Of a stretch of DNA of 50,417 bases, positions 17,592-25,326 are shown piece by piece. The stretch is from a bacterium (GTDB lineage Bacteria; Edwardsbacteria; AC1; EtOH8), in contig JAURWH010000110.1 of the NCBI GenBank assembly GCA_030655055.1, forward strand, positions 1-50,417, written 5' to 3'. The first letter of the stretch is position 1; each line of letters opens with the position of its first letter. The position numbers and the translations under genes were made by a program. The notes under the pieces are model-generated. The model searched no databases. It had not been told where the DNA came from and saw only the letters and a list, made by a program, of their open reading frames with translations.

Positions 17592-18062
17592 TCAACGGTT
17601 CCGGGAGATAAGATAGTAAACGTTGGCGATGACTGCCATGTCAGCCACGAACGAGATCGCATCCTTCCAGAAAAAGCGGGCATTGCGGGGGACCATCACG
17701 GCATCGCCGGGCCGCATCACCAACAGGGAATCGGCGCGTTCCCTGCCCAGATACTTATCCAGATTTACTTTTTTGGTGCGGGGCATCTGCCCCAATGCGT
17801 GCGAGATCTTGACCCGTCCCAAAGCCGCATACTGGGTCGGTCCGCCAGCCTTGGAGATCACGTCCAGTATGGTGGAACCGTCCGGCACCCGGTAGACCCC
17901 GGGGGTGTTGACCTCCCCCCAAACATGGACCTCTATCTCCAGCTGCTGGTTTTGACCCAGGTAAAAAGCATCTTTTTTGAAGTCGGCCTGCTGGGCAAGA
18001 ACATTCCCGGCCAAGAGTATCAGAGCGGTCCAAAGAATTCCGGTTAGAAATGGTTTGTTCAT
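17592..18062 (-). CDS. Short SLBB-domain polysaccharide-export (OPX-like) protein, copy 1
   Basis: 156 aa; signal peptide; VWGEVNTPGVYRVPDGSTILDVISKAGGPT SLBB signature; GDAVMVP; hydrophobic C-terminal helix ISFVADMAVIANVYYLI. Confidence 0.7.
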   Translation of the reverse strand: MNKPFLTGILWTALILLAGNVLAQQADFKKDAFYLGQNQQLEIEVHVWGEVNTPGVYRVPDGSTILDVISKAGGPTQYAALGRVKISHALGQMPRTKKVNLDKYLGRERADSLLVMRPGDAVMVPRNARFFWKDAISFVADMAVIANVYYLISRNR

Positions 18063-18183
18063 TGTTGCACCTAATCAGAAAGACGCAGGGGCAAATAGAT
18101 GGGTTAAGTTACCCTTGGCAGCCTTGGCGTCTTTGCGGTTCAAATTATCCCATGCGGATTGCAAGGAATGTAATAAGCTACTG

Positions 18184-19917
18184 TTACTTGCCCTTTTTCA
18201 AACGGTCTTTGGTCTTGCCCAGATATTCCTTGGCCTTGGCGTGGCCGGGGTCTGCCGCCAGCACCTGCTTGAAGGTTTTTTCAGCCGGGGCATATTCCTC
18301 GTTCATGAATTGTTGAACACCTTTCTTGTAAAGCGCGGTCACGTCCTCCGCCGATATCTTGGCAGGTTTAGCAACGGCCGGCGGGGTTGGCTTGGGGGTG
18401 GCAGCGGCTTTTGGCTTTTCCGCAGCCGGTGCCGCCGGAGCGGCAGGAGCGGGTGGCTGATAAGCCACCGGGGCGGGGGGCTGGGCAGCGGGGGTCCTGG
18501 TCTTCCTGCCCGAGGCCGGAGCCGGCGGCAGGGCCGCCGCCACGATCTCTTTCTCCATCGTTATCTGGCGCTCGGTCTCGGCCTTGTCCTTGAGGGTCAG
18601 TTCTTCTTCAAAGGGACGGTATCCCTCCAGAGTTACCGATATTTTATATTTTCCCGGAGGAACCACCGTTCCGAACTGCCCGGTAACGGGATCGACGCTG
18701 ACATCTCCGGCCCGGCTGCTGTTAAAGGAAACTGTGGCCGGCAGAGGCTGGCCCGAGGCCCGGTCCACCACCTTGCCCTTGAAGCCGGCGGTCTTCCGCT
18801 TCAGGGTCAGGTCCCATTTCTCCACCTTGCCTTCCTTGACATTGATCTTGCGCTCCAGCCAGCGGTAACCGTTGGCGTATATGTGGACCTTGTACTCGCC
18901 CGGGGGAAGCTTGGCCTGGTAATCTCCGGCCTCGTTGCTGACCAGTCCCGGAAGGTCGGAGCCGGGGAAGGTGATCATGCCCTTCATGGGAACCCCGGTC
19001 TCGCGGTCCTTGATCAGGCCGGCCACCGCGCCGCCGATCGTCCCGGAGACGGCCTTGCCCGCGGCGGCGGGGAAATCAAATCCCAGGATCAGCTGCCAGG
19101 GGGCGGAGGCCCGGGTCAGTCCAATGTCGCAGGCCAGGTTGATCCCTAAGAACGGCAGGGGGGAATACCTGAGGCCGGGGGTCACCCGCAGTTCTGTCCG
19201 GTCTGCCCCCCGTCCCCGCAAGACCAGATCATCGGGGACCGAATCTTTTTGGGCTCCCAGCCGGTATTCACCCGAGGCTTCCAGAAAGGCGGAAAGGTTT
19301 TCCTTGAATGAATACTCGGCCCCGGCCCCGAAAGGTAGTTGGGGGCGCTCCTCGCCCCGGGTCAGAAAGCCGGCATTGATGAAGACCATGGTCTGTCCCA
19401 GGTTGATGTCGGTCAATAATTTTGCGCCGAAGTCCAGCTTCCCGGTCTGGGACGGGCCGTCCTGGTATTTTTCCTTATTCATCGGTACTGAAATTGTGGG
19501 CATGAACCCCAGGTCCAATTTTCCGGCCATCAAAGGCAGGCAGTACTTTGCCGATATCACCGCATCGCCGGGACAGCCCAGGCTCTTGTCGGCTGAGGCG
19601 CTGTCCAGGACCGCCACCGTCCATTGCTCGGCATGGCCCACTCCGGCCGCCATCAGGGAAAGGTTCTTTACCGGTACATAATACAGGGTGTTAAAGCTCC
19701 AGGCATCAAGCAGGGCGTCCTGGTTTCCCGACTGCCCGTAGTAGTTCTGCCCGGAATAGGATGTCAGGGCCGCCAGGCTGCGCCCCCCATATCCGATCCC
19801 GGTCTTGGCCGACTGCAGATGGATAAGTCCCGGACCCCCAAAGACAGGGTAGCGGGCGGCCCCAGCCAGCGAAGCTAAAGCGAAGGTCAGACCCAGTAAA
19901 ATGTACGGCCTTTTCAT
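18184..19917 (-). CDS. Secreted protein X1: N-terminal beta-barrel-like domain, 2x CarboxypepD_reg-like domains, Pro/Ala-rich linker, C-terminal single-TPR-like tail
   Basis: 577 aa; signal peptide MKRPYILLGLTFALASLAGA; about 290 aa of alternating-hydrophobic strands ending GFDFP; two G.V.D..tG.P...V.......D..G.Y......PG.Y modules; PPAPVAYQPPAPAAPAAPAA linker; YKKGVQQFMNEEYAPAEKTFKQVLAADPGHAKAKEYLG tail. Confidence 0.6.
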   Translation of the reverse strand: MKRPYILLGLTFALASLAGAARYPVFGGPGLIHLQSAKTGIGYGGRSLAALTSYSGQNYYGQSGNQDALLDAWSFNTLYYVPVKNLSLMAAGVGHAEQWTVAVLDSASADKSLGCPGDAVISAKYCLPLMAGKLDLGFMPTISVPMNKEKYQDGPSQTGKLDFGAKLLTDINLGQTMVFINAGFLTRGEERPQLPFGAGAEYSFKENLSAFLEASGEYRLGAQKDSVPDDLVLRGRGADRTELRVTPGLRYSPLPFLGINLACDIGLTRASAPWQLILGFDFPAAAGKAVSGTIGGAVAGLIKDRETGVPMKGMITFPGSDLPGLVSNEAGDYQAKLPPGEYKVHIYANGYRWLERKINVKEGKVEKWDLTLKRKTAGFKGKVVDRASGQPLPATVSFNSSRAGDVSVDPVTGQFGTVVPPGKYKISVTLEGYRPFEEELTLKDKAETERQITMEKEIVAAALPPAPASGRKTRTPAAQPPAPVAYQPPAPAAPAAPAAEKPKAAATPKPTPPAVAKPAKISAEDVTALYKKGVQQFMNEEYAPAEKTFKQVLAADPGHAKAKEYLGKTKDRLKKGK

Positions 19918-20001
19918 TTTTAAACCCTTAAATTTTGAGATACCTTGATTACATTATTTGTACGGCGCCGCCAATGGCCGGTGTTCCGTGGGACCGGAAA
20001 T

Positions 20002-21687
20002 TTATCCTTTTGATTTTTTCAGACGGTCCCTGGTCTTGCCCAGATAATCCTTGGCCTTGGCATGTCCGGGGTCGGCTGCCAGCACCTGCTTGAAAGTCTG
20101 TTCGGCTGGGGCATATTCCTCGTTCATGAACTGCTGGACGCCCTTTTTGTAAAGTGCAGTCACTTCCTCGGCCGACATCTTGGGGGCGGCCGGGGTGACT
20201 GGTTTAGCCGCTGTTGTTGCCACTATTGGTTTAGTCGCGACAGGCTTGGGTTTGACCTGGGCAGAGGTAACTGACGGTGTCACCGGCTTGGGCGGAACCG
20301 CCGCCTGAACCAGGGGCTGCAGGGAGACATTCTGCTGCAGGTCCTCCTTGTCCTTGATGGTCAAGGCAATATTTTGAGAGATGTAACCGGGAGCGCCCAC
20401 CGTCAAGGTATAATTTCCGGGAACCAGCTTGGCCAGATACTGGCCCGAGAGAGGATCGGTGTTGAAGAGTTGCTGGCCGTCGGTCCCAAAGGACAGGGAG
20501 GCCATCATTGGTTTTTGTCCGGAGGCATCGGTGACTTTCAGTGTCAGCTGCCCCAGTTTTTTATTGAGGTCCAGCGCCCAGCCGGCATCCTGTCCGGCTT
20601 TTACTTCCAGCTCCCTGGTGATGGTGCGGTATCCGTCGGCTTTGACCTGCACCTTGTACCGGCCGGGTTTGAGTTTAAGCCGGTAGCTTCCTTTGGCGTC
20701 GCTGATGACGGCCGGGATATCCTGGCCGGGGAAGGAGATGATCCCCTTGATGGCGGCTCCGGAAGAGTTATCCTTGATGATGCCGGCCACCGCTCCCCAC
20801 AGCGGAGTCACCAGCGACCTGCCGGCCGCCGCCGGGAAATCTATCCCGATGACAGCCTGCCAGGGGGCCGCGGCCCGGCTTAGCCCGATGTCGCAGGCCA
20901 GGTTCAGCCCCAGGTAAGAGACCGGGGCAAAGCGCAGTCCTGGGGTGACCCTGGCCTCATTCCGGTCGGCTCCCCGTCCCCGCAGGATCTGGTCAGTGCT
21001 CAAAGAATCTTTTTGGGCGCCCATCCGCAGTTCGGCCGAAACTTCCAAAAATCCCGAGAAGTTCGGGCTGAATCCATACTCCAATCCCAGTCCCAATGGC
21101 AGCTGGGGGCGCTGGTCGCCCCGGGTTAAAAAACCCGCGTTCACTAAAACCGTCAGGTCGGTATAATTGAAGTCCGATAATATCTTTCCCCCGAAATCCA
21201 GCTTGCCGCTTTGCGACGGGGAATCCTGATATTTGGTGCGGCTCATCGGTATTGTGACCATGGGCATCAGCCCCAGGTCCCACCGGCCGTTCTGCAGGCT
21301 CCACTGGTATTTCAGGGCCACCAGGGCATCTCCGGGACAGCCCAGGGATCTGTCGATGGTTTGCGTGGATGAGACCGGACTTTTCACCGTCCATTGTTCG
21401 GCGTGGGCCAGTCCGTTGCCGATCACTGCCATCCCTGGCATCGGGGAGTAGCTGATGGAATTGTGATTCCACAGGTCCGTGAAGGCATCATCCGTCCCCT
21501 GCAGGCCGTAGAAGGTCTGGTTGGAATACGAGGATACCGCGGCCAGGCTGCGGTATCCGAATCCCGGACCGGCCTTGGCCGACTGCAGGTGCACCAGTCC
21601 CGGTCCCCCCAACAAGGGGAACTGGGTGGCCAGGGCGGCGGAGGCCGCCAGCCCCAGGCACAAAGACAGGAATAATTTTCGTTTCAT
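20002..21687 (-). CDS. Secreted protein X2, paralog of X1 with the same architecture
   Basis: Start taken at MKRKLFLSLCLGLAASAALA (ATG 21687, GGAGG RBS upstream; the track ORF extends to 21768); collinear with X1; last ~58 aa nearly identical to X1. Confidence 0.6.
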   Translation of the reverse strand: MKRKLFLSLCLGLAASAALATQFPLLGGPGLVHLQSAKAGPGFGYRSLAAVSSYSNQTFYGLQGTDDAFTDLWNHNSISYSPMPGMAVIGNGLAHAEQWTVKSPVSSTQTIDRSLGCPGDALVALKYQWSLQNGRWDLGLMPMVTIPMSRTKYQDSPSQSGKLDFGGKILSDFNYTDLTVLVNAGFLTRGDQRPQLPLGLGLEYGFSPNFSGFLEVSAELRMGAQKDSLSTDQILRGRGADRNEARVTPGLRFAPVSYLGLNLACDIGLSRAAAPWQAVIGIDFPAAAGRSLVTPLWGAVAGIIKDNSSGAAIKGIISFPGQDIPAVISDAKGSYRLKLKPGRYKVQVKADGYRTITRELEVKAGQDAGWALDLNKKLGQLTLKVTDASGQKPMMASLSFGTDGQQLFNTDPLSGQYLAKLVPGNYTLTVGAPGYISQNIALTIKDKEDLQQNVSLQPLVQAAVPPKPVTPSVTSAQVKPKPVATKPIVATTAAKPVTPAAPKMSAEEVTALYKKGVQQFMNEEYAPAEQTFKQVLAADPGHAKAKDYLGKTRDRLKKSKG

Positions 21688-21778
21688 TGAAAAACCTCCC
21701 CTCCCACATTGTTTTTGGGGGATTGAGTTTAAAAACTGCAGCTGTTGCCTGCGGAAATAATTGATCAAATATGAAGGC

Positions 21779-24010
21779 CTATTTTTTATTCTTGCGTTTC
21801 CCCTTTTCCCCCTTTTTTCGCTGGCCGTCCTCGTAGTAATAGTGGTAGTAATAACTGTAACCGGCCAGCATGTCGGAACTGATGTTGTTCAGCACCGTGC
21901 CGGCGATCTTGGCCTTGACGTTGGTCAAAAGACCCTTGGCCCGCCTGGCGGCCTCGCGGTCGGTTTTGCCCGAGTGTATAACCAGCACCACGCAGTCGGC
22001 TTCGGCTGCCAGTACCGCGGCATCGGTGACGGTGATCACCGGGGGGCAGTCAAGGATAACCAGGTCGCAGCAGTTCTTCATCTCCTGGATCAGGCGCTTC
22101 ATCTTCTGCGAGCTCAACAACTCGGAAGGGTTTGGAGGAATGGTGCCGGCCGGCAGAATGAAAAGGTTTTCAATGTCGGTGGAGACCATGGCCTTCTGCA
22201 GGTCGCCGCCCTTCACCAACAGTTCGGTCAGCCCCGGTTCCTGGGGTATGCCGAAAACTCCGTTGACCATGGGGCGCCGGAGGTCGGCGTCCACGATCAA
22301 AGTGCGGGATCCGACCTGGGCCATGGTGATGGCCAGGTTGGCGGCGGTGGTGGTCTTACCTTCCGACGGCCCGGAGGAGGTCACCAGGATGGTCTTCATC
22401 GGGGCGTCGGGGTTCAGGAACTGCAGGTTGGTGCGCAGTATCCTATAAGCTTCCGAAATGGGCGATTTGGGCAGGTGGTGGCTGATCAGCCGTTCGGCAA
22501 TGGAAGTGGCACCATTGGTGGTCCTGCCGTTTCCCGCCTGGCTGGCCACATCCTCCTGGTCTATGGCCGGGATCAGACCCAGCACCGGCAGGGCCAAAAA
22601 CTGTTCGATGTCGTGAATGTTCTTCAGCGAGGTATCCATGTATTCCATCAGCAACACCAGTCCTATTCCCAAAGCCAGCCCCAGCATTCCGCCGAACAGG
22701 ATGTTGAGTTTGCGCCGGGGGCCCACCGGCTCCTTGGGAACCTGGGCCTGGTCGATTATCTTGACGTTGCCCAGTTTGCCGGCTTCGGAGATGCGGACCT
22801 CTTCGTATTTCTCCATCAGCATCTTGTAGATATTGTCGTCCAGCTCAAACTGGCGGGTCAGCCGGGCCAGCTCCACCTCCTTGGGCGGGATGGCTTTCAA
22901 TTTCTCCAGATAACCGTCCACCACCCTTTGCTGGGCCAGCTCCTTGGCCTTGTAGGTCTCAATTTCCACCTGAAGGTCCAGGATCTTTACCACCAATTCC
23001 TCCGACAGCATTATCGGGTCAATGCCCCCGTTCTTCTGGGCCACGATCTTGGAGATCTCTTCCTTAAGCCGGGATTTGGTATTCTCAATTTTTTTGTTCA
23101 GTTCCTTCATCTTGGGATGGTCGGCCGGAAATCCCTGGGAGGTCATGGTGGCCATCTGGGTCTGCAGGGTCAGAAGGTCCTGTCGCAGGCCGGAAGCCAG
23201 AGGGGAAGAGACCTGGGACACATTCTCCAGCATGTTCTTTTTCTGGAAGTCCAATTGGTCCTGGAGATAGGCCAGCCTTTTTTCCGCCGATTCCCGCTCC
23301 ACTTTGGTCAGGTTGTACTGTGATTCAAATCCGGTGAGCTTGTCGATCAGAAATTTTGATTCGTCGGAAAGCGAAACCACCTGGTTGGTCTGCTTGAAAA
23401 GGCGCAGCTGGTTTTCCCCGCCGAACAATCTTTTTTCTATCACCGGCAGCTGGACCTCCAGAAAGCGCCGCACCTCCGAAAATTCTCCCCGGCTGTAGCT
23501 TAAGTTCCGGGCGATGTAAGCCTGGCCCACGGTATTGGCGATGGCCGCCGCCTGGGCCGGATCGCTGCTGGTGGCTATCACCGTTATGATGTCGGTGGTC
23601 CGGGAAGCAAGCACGGTGGTGGAAAACATGATGTTCTCGGTCAGCAGGGTGTCGGCCAGGAAGCCCAGCTCCCGGGCATCCGGGCGGGCCTTCAATATCA
23701 GGGCCGCCTCGCCGGCCAGGCTGCGGCTGCGGATGATCTCCACCTGGTTGTTGATCATGTTGCGGCTCTGTTCGGTCTCCATCATCATACCCAATATGGG
23801 CTTGTTGTCCCGCTGGACCAAAAGGCTGACGCTGGCTTCGTAGATGTTGGGCTGGCGGAAAGAAAAGATGATGGAGGAAAGGAGCACCGTCAGAAATGCC
23901 CCCAGCACTATCCACCGCCGCCGCATTATTATCCGCAACAGGTCCTGTAATCCCGGCTGGGAGGACTCGGTGGAGGTCATTTTACCTTGAGTTGAATTAT
24001 TTTTCATCAT
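21779..24010 (-). CDS. Polysaccharide co-polymerase / tyrosine autokinase (Wzc, PCP-2a-like), copy 2
   Basis: 743 aa; same architecture as copy 1; Walker A SSGPSEGKTTTAANLA, A' LIVDADLRRP, B DLVILDCPPV; C-terminal YSYYYHYYY followed by a Lys-rich tail. Confidence 0.9.
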   Translation of the reverse strand: MMKNNSTQGKMTSTESSQPGLQDLLRIIMRRRWIVLGAFLTVLLSSIIFSFRQPNIYEASVSLLVQRDNKPILGMMMETEQSRNMINNQVEIIRSRSLAGEAALILKARPDARELGFLADTLLTENIMFSTTVLASRTTDIITVIATSSDPAQAAAIANTVGQAYIARNLSYSRGEFSEVRRFLEVQLPVIEKRLFGGENQLRLFKQTNQVVSLSDESKFLIDKLTGFESQYNLTKVERESAEKRLAYLQDQLDFQKKNMLENVSQVSSPLASGLRQDLLTLQTQMATMTSQGFPADHPKMKELNKKIENTKSRLKEEISKIVAQKNGGIDPIMLSEELVVKILDLQVEIETYKAKELAQQRVVDGYLEKLKAIPPKEVELARLTRQFELDDNIYKMLMEKYEEVRISEAGKLGNVKIIDQAQVPKEPVGPRRKLNILFGGMLGLALGIGLVLLMEYMDTSLKNIHDIEQFLALPVLGLIPAIDQEDVASQAGNGRTTNGATSIAERLISHHLPKSPISEAYRILRTNLQFLNPDAPMKTILVTSSGPSEGKTTTAANLAITMAQVGSRTLIVDADLRRPMVNGVFGIPQEPGLTELLVKGGDLQKAMVSTDIENLFILPAGTIPPNPSELLSSQKMKRLIQEMKNCCDLVILDCPPVITVTDAAVLAAEADCVVLVIHSGKTDREAARRAKGLLTNVKAKIAGTVLNNISSDMLAGYSYYYHYYYEDGQRKKGEKGKRKNKK

Positions 24011-24017
24011 ATTACAG

Positions 24018-24557
24018 TTACCTCACTCCGGCTACGACCAGATAAGCGGTGACCACCACCGCTGCCTGGCTTAAAAAAGATACCGCCCGCATCGTTTTGT
24101 GATAAAGGGTGGTGGGTACAATCACTACGTCGCCCTGTTCCATCATAGGCACCAGCGACTTGTCGGCCTTTCCGACATATTTGGAAATGTTAACCTTCTG
24201 GGTCTGTCCTGGGCCGTAAACCCCACGTACCAGTTTTACCCTGGAAAGGGCGGCATCCTCGGTGGGGCCGCCGGCATAAGAAATCAGGCCCACCACATCG
24301 GTGGCCACCGGCACCCGGTAGCGGCCAGGCCGGGTGACCTGTCCCCATATCTGGACCTCGATCAATACTTCGCGCTCATAGATGTCCCCGGAGGTTCCGG
24401 CCTGTCCTTGAGCCCGTTCCAAGTATCCGCCGGCCTGGGAAAAAGCCAGGCTGGCTCCGCCGAAAAGCCAGCAGGCTATCAGGGATGCCGCCTTAAATCT
24501 CAAGTTTAAAAATCTCACCGCCCAAAGTCTCCTTAATGTAGCGTTGAATTGTTGCAA
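24018..24557 (-). CDS. Short SLBB-domain polysaccharide-export (OPX-like) protein, copy 2
   Basis: 179 aa (TTG start as called by the track; start uncertain); IWGQVTRPGRYRVPVATDVVGLISYAGGPT SLBB signature; GDVVIVP; hydrophobic C-terminal helix AAVVVTAYLVVAGV. Confidence 0.7.
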   Translation of the reverse strand: MQQFNATLRRLWAVRFLNLRFKAASLIACWLFGGASLAFSQAGGYLERAQGQAGTSGDIYEREVLIEVQIWGQVTRPGRYRVPVATDVVGLISYAGGPTEDAALSRVKLVRGVYGPGQTQKVNISKYVGKADKSLVPMMEQGDVVIVPTTLYHKTMRAVSFLSQAAVVVTAYLVVAGVR

Positions 24558-24590
24558 ACCCTTTTAGGACAAACAGGTTATAATCAAATA

Positions 24591-24619
24591 AAATTAACAC
24601 ATTTCAAGGGCAATGTCAA
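24591..24619 (-). promoter_or_regulatory. Candidate sigma-70-type promoter for the minus-strand export-gene block
   Basis: On the minus strand: TTGACA (24619-24614), 17-nt spacer, TAATTT (24596-24591); about 35 nt upstream of the TTG at 24557. Confidence 0.3.
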
Positions 24620-24640
24620 CAACTAAAAGCATAATTTTTT

Positions 24641-24678
24641 AAATAAAAATGCCTTCCAGCAATTTGCGGGAAGGCATT
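24641..24678 (-). terminator. Rho-independent terminator of the lipocalin gene
   Basis: Stem ATGCCTTCC / GGAAGGCAT (24649-24657 / 24669-24677); on the minus strand it is followed by a TTTTTATTT run. Confidence 0.6.
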
Positions 24679-24728
24679 AGATCTGGCAGGATACACAAAG
24701 GGTCCTGCCGTTTCATTTTGTCAATGAT

Positions 24729-25256
24729 TCAGTCTGTTTTTTGCGGAGTCTTTTTAAGGTTAGTTAGGTCATAACCGTGTACTTCCTGCAGCCGCCTTAA
24801 CAGGTCCCCATACAGCCCCTCATCCATCTTCGGGGTTCGGCAGAGGATCCACAGATAATTGCGGTTGGGGTGTCCTACCACGGCATACTGGTACCCAACG
24901 GAATCCAACTCTATCACCCAATAGGCACCGGAGAAGGGCCAGAAGAACTGGACCTTAAGCCTGGCATTGGTCTCTTTATCAACTACCCAGGCCTTTCCAT
25001 GGACCTGTTTGTACTTTCCGTTCAAAGAATCCTTGTAGCATTGGTTGAGCACGTCTATCTTTCCGTCCGGCCGCAGGCTGTAAGTGGCGGTGACCCCGGT
25101 GCAGCCCTTCTGGAACCGCTGGGGGATGGTGGCGATCTCGTACCAGGTGCCCAGGTAGCAGTTCAGGTCAACCTTGGGAACGGTCTGAAGGGGCTTTGTC
25201 TGGGCCAGAGATAGAATCGGGACAACGGTGAAAATCAGAAGCAACAGATTTTTCAT
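24729..25256 (-). CDS. blc: Bacterial lipocalin (Blc-like)
   Basis: Start at MKNLLLLIFTVVPILSLAQT (ATG 25256, GGAGGT RBS at 25261-25266); YLGTWYEIATIPQRFQKGC lipocalin SCR1 motif. Confidence 0.85.
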   Translation of the reverse strand: MKNLLLLIFTVVPILSLAQTKPLQTVPKVDLNCYLGTWYEIATIPQRFQKGCTGVTATYSLRPDGKIDVLNQCYKDSLNGKYKQVHGKAWVVDKETNARLKVQFFWPFSGAYWVIELDSVGYQYAVVGHPNRNYLWILCRTPKMDEGLYGDLLRRLQEVHGYDLTNLKKTPQKTD

Positions 25257-25326
25257 GATCACCTCCAAAATAATATTTTTGTTGGGGAACACAACACATT
25301 TTAAAAATTTATACATACGGACAAAA

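Noticed and set aside
18063-18183. Possible sigma-54 promoter or terminator in the 121-bp gap between X1 and the SLBB gene (TTGGCAGCCTTGGCGTCTTTGCGG)
   Set aside because: The TGGCA-like strings are on the plus strand, opposite to the genes, and the GG-to-GC spacing is wrong for -24/-12. The AAAGACGC/GCGTCTTT stem has no following T-run. It was left unannotated.
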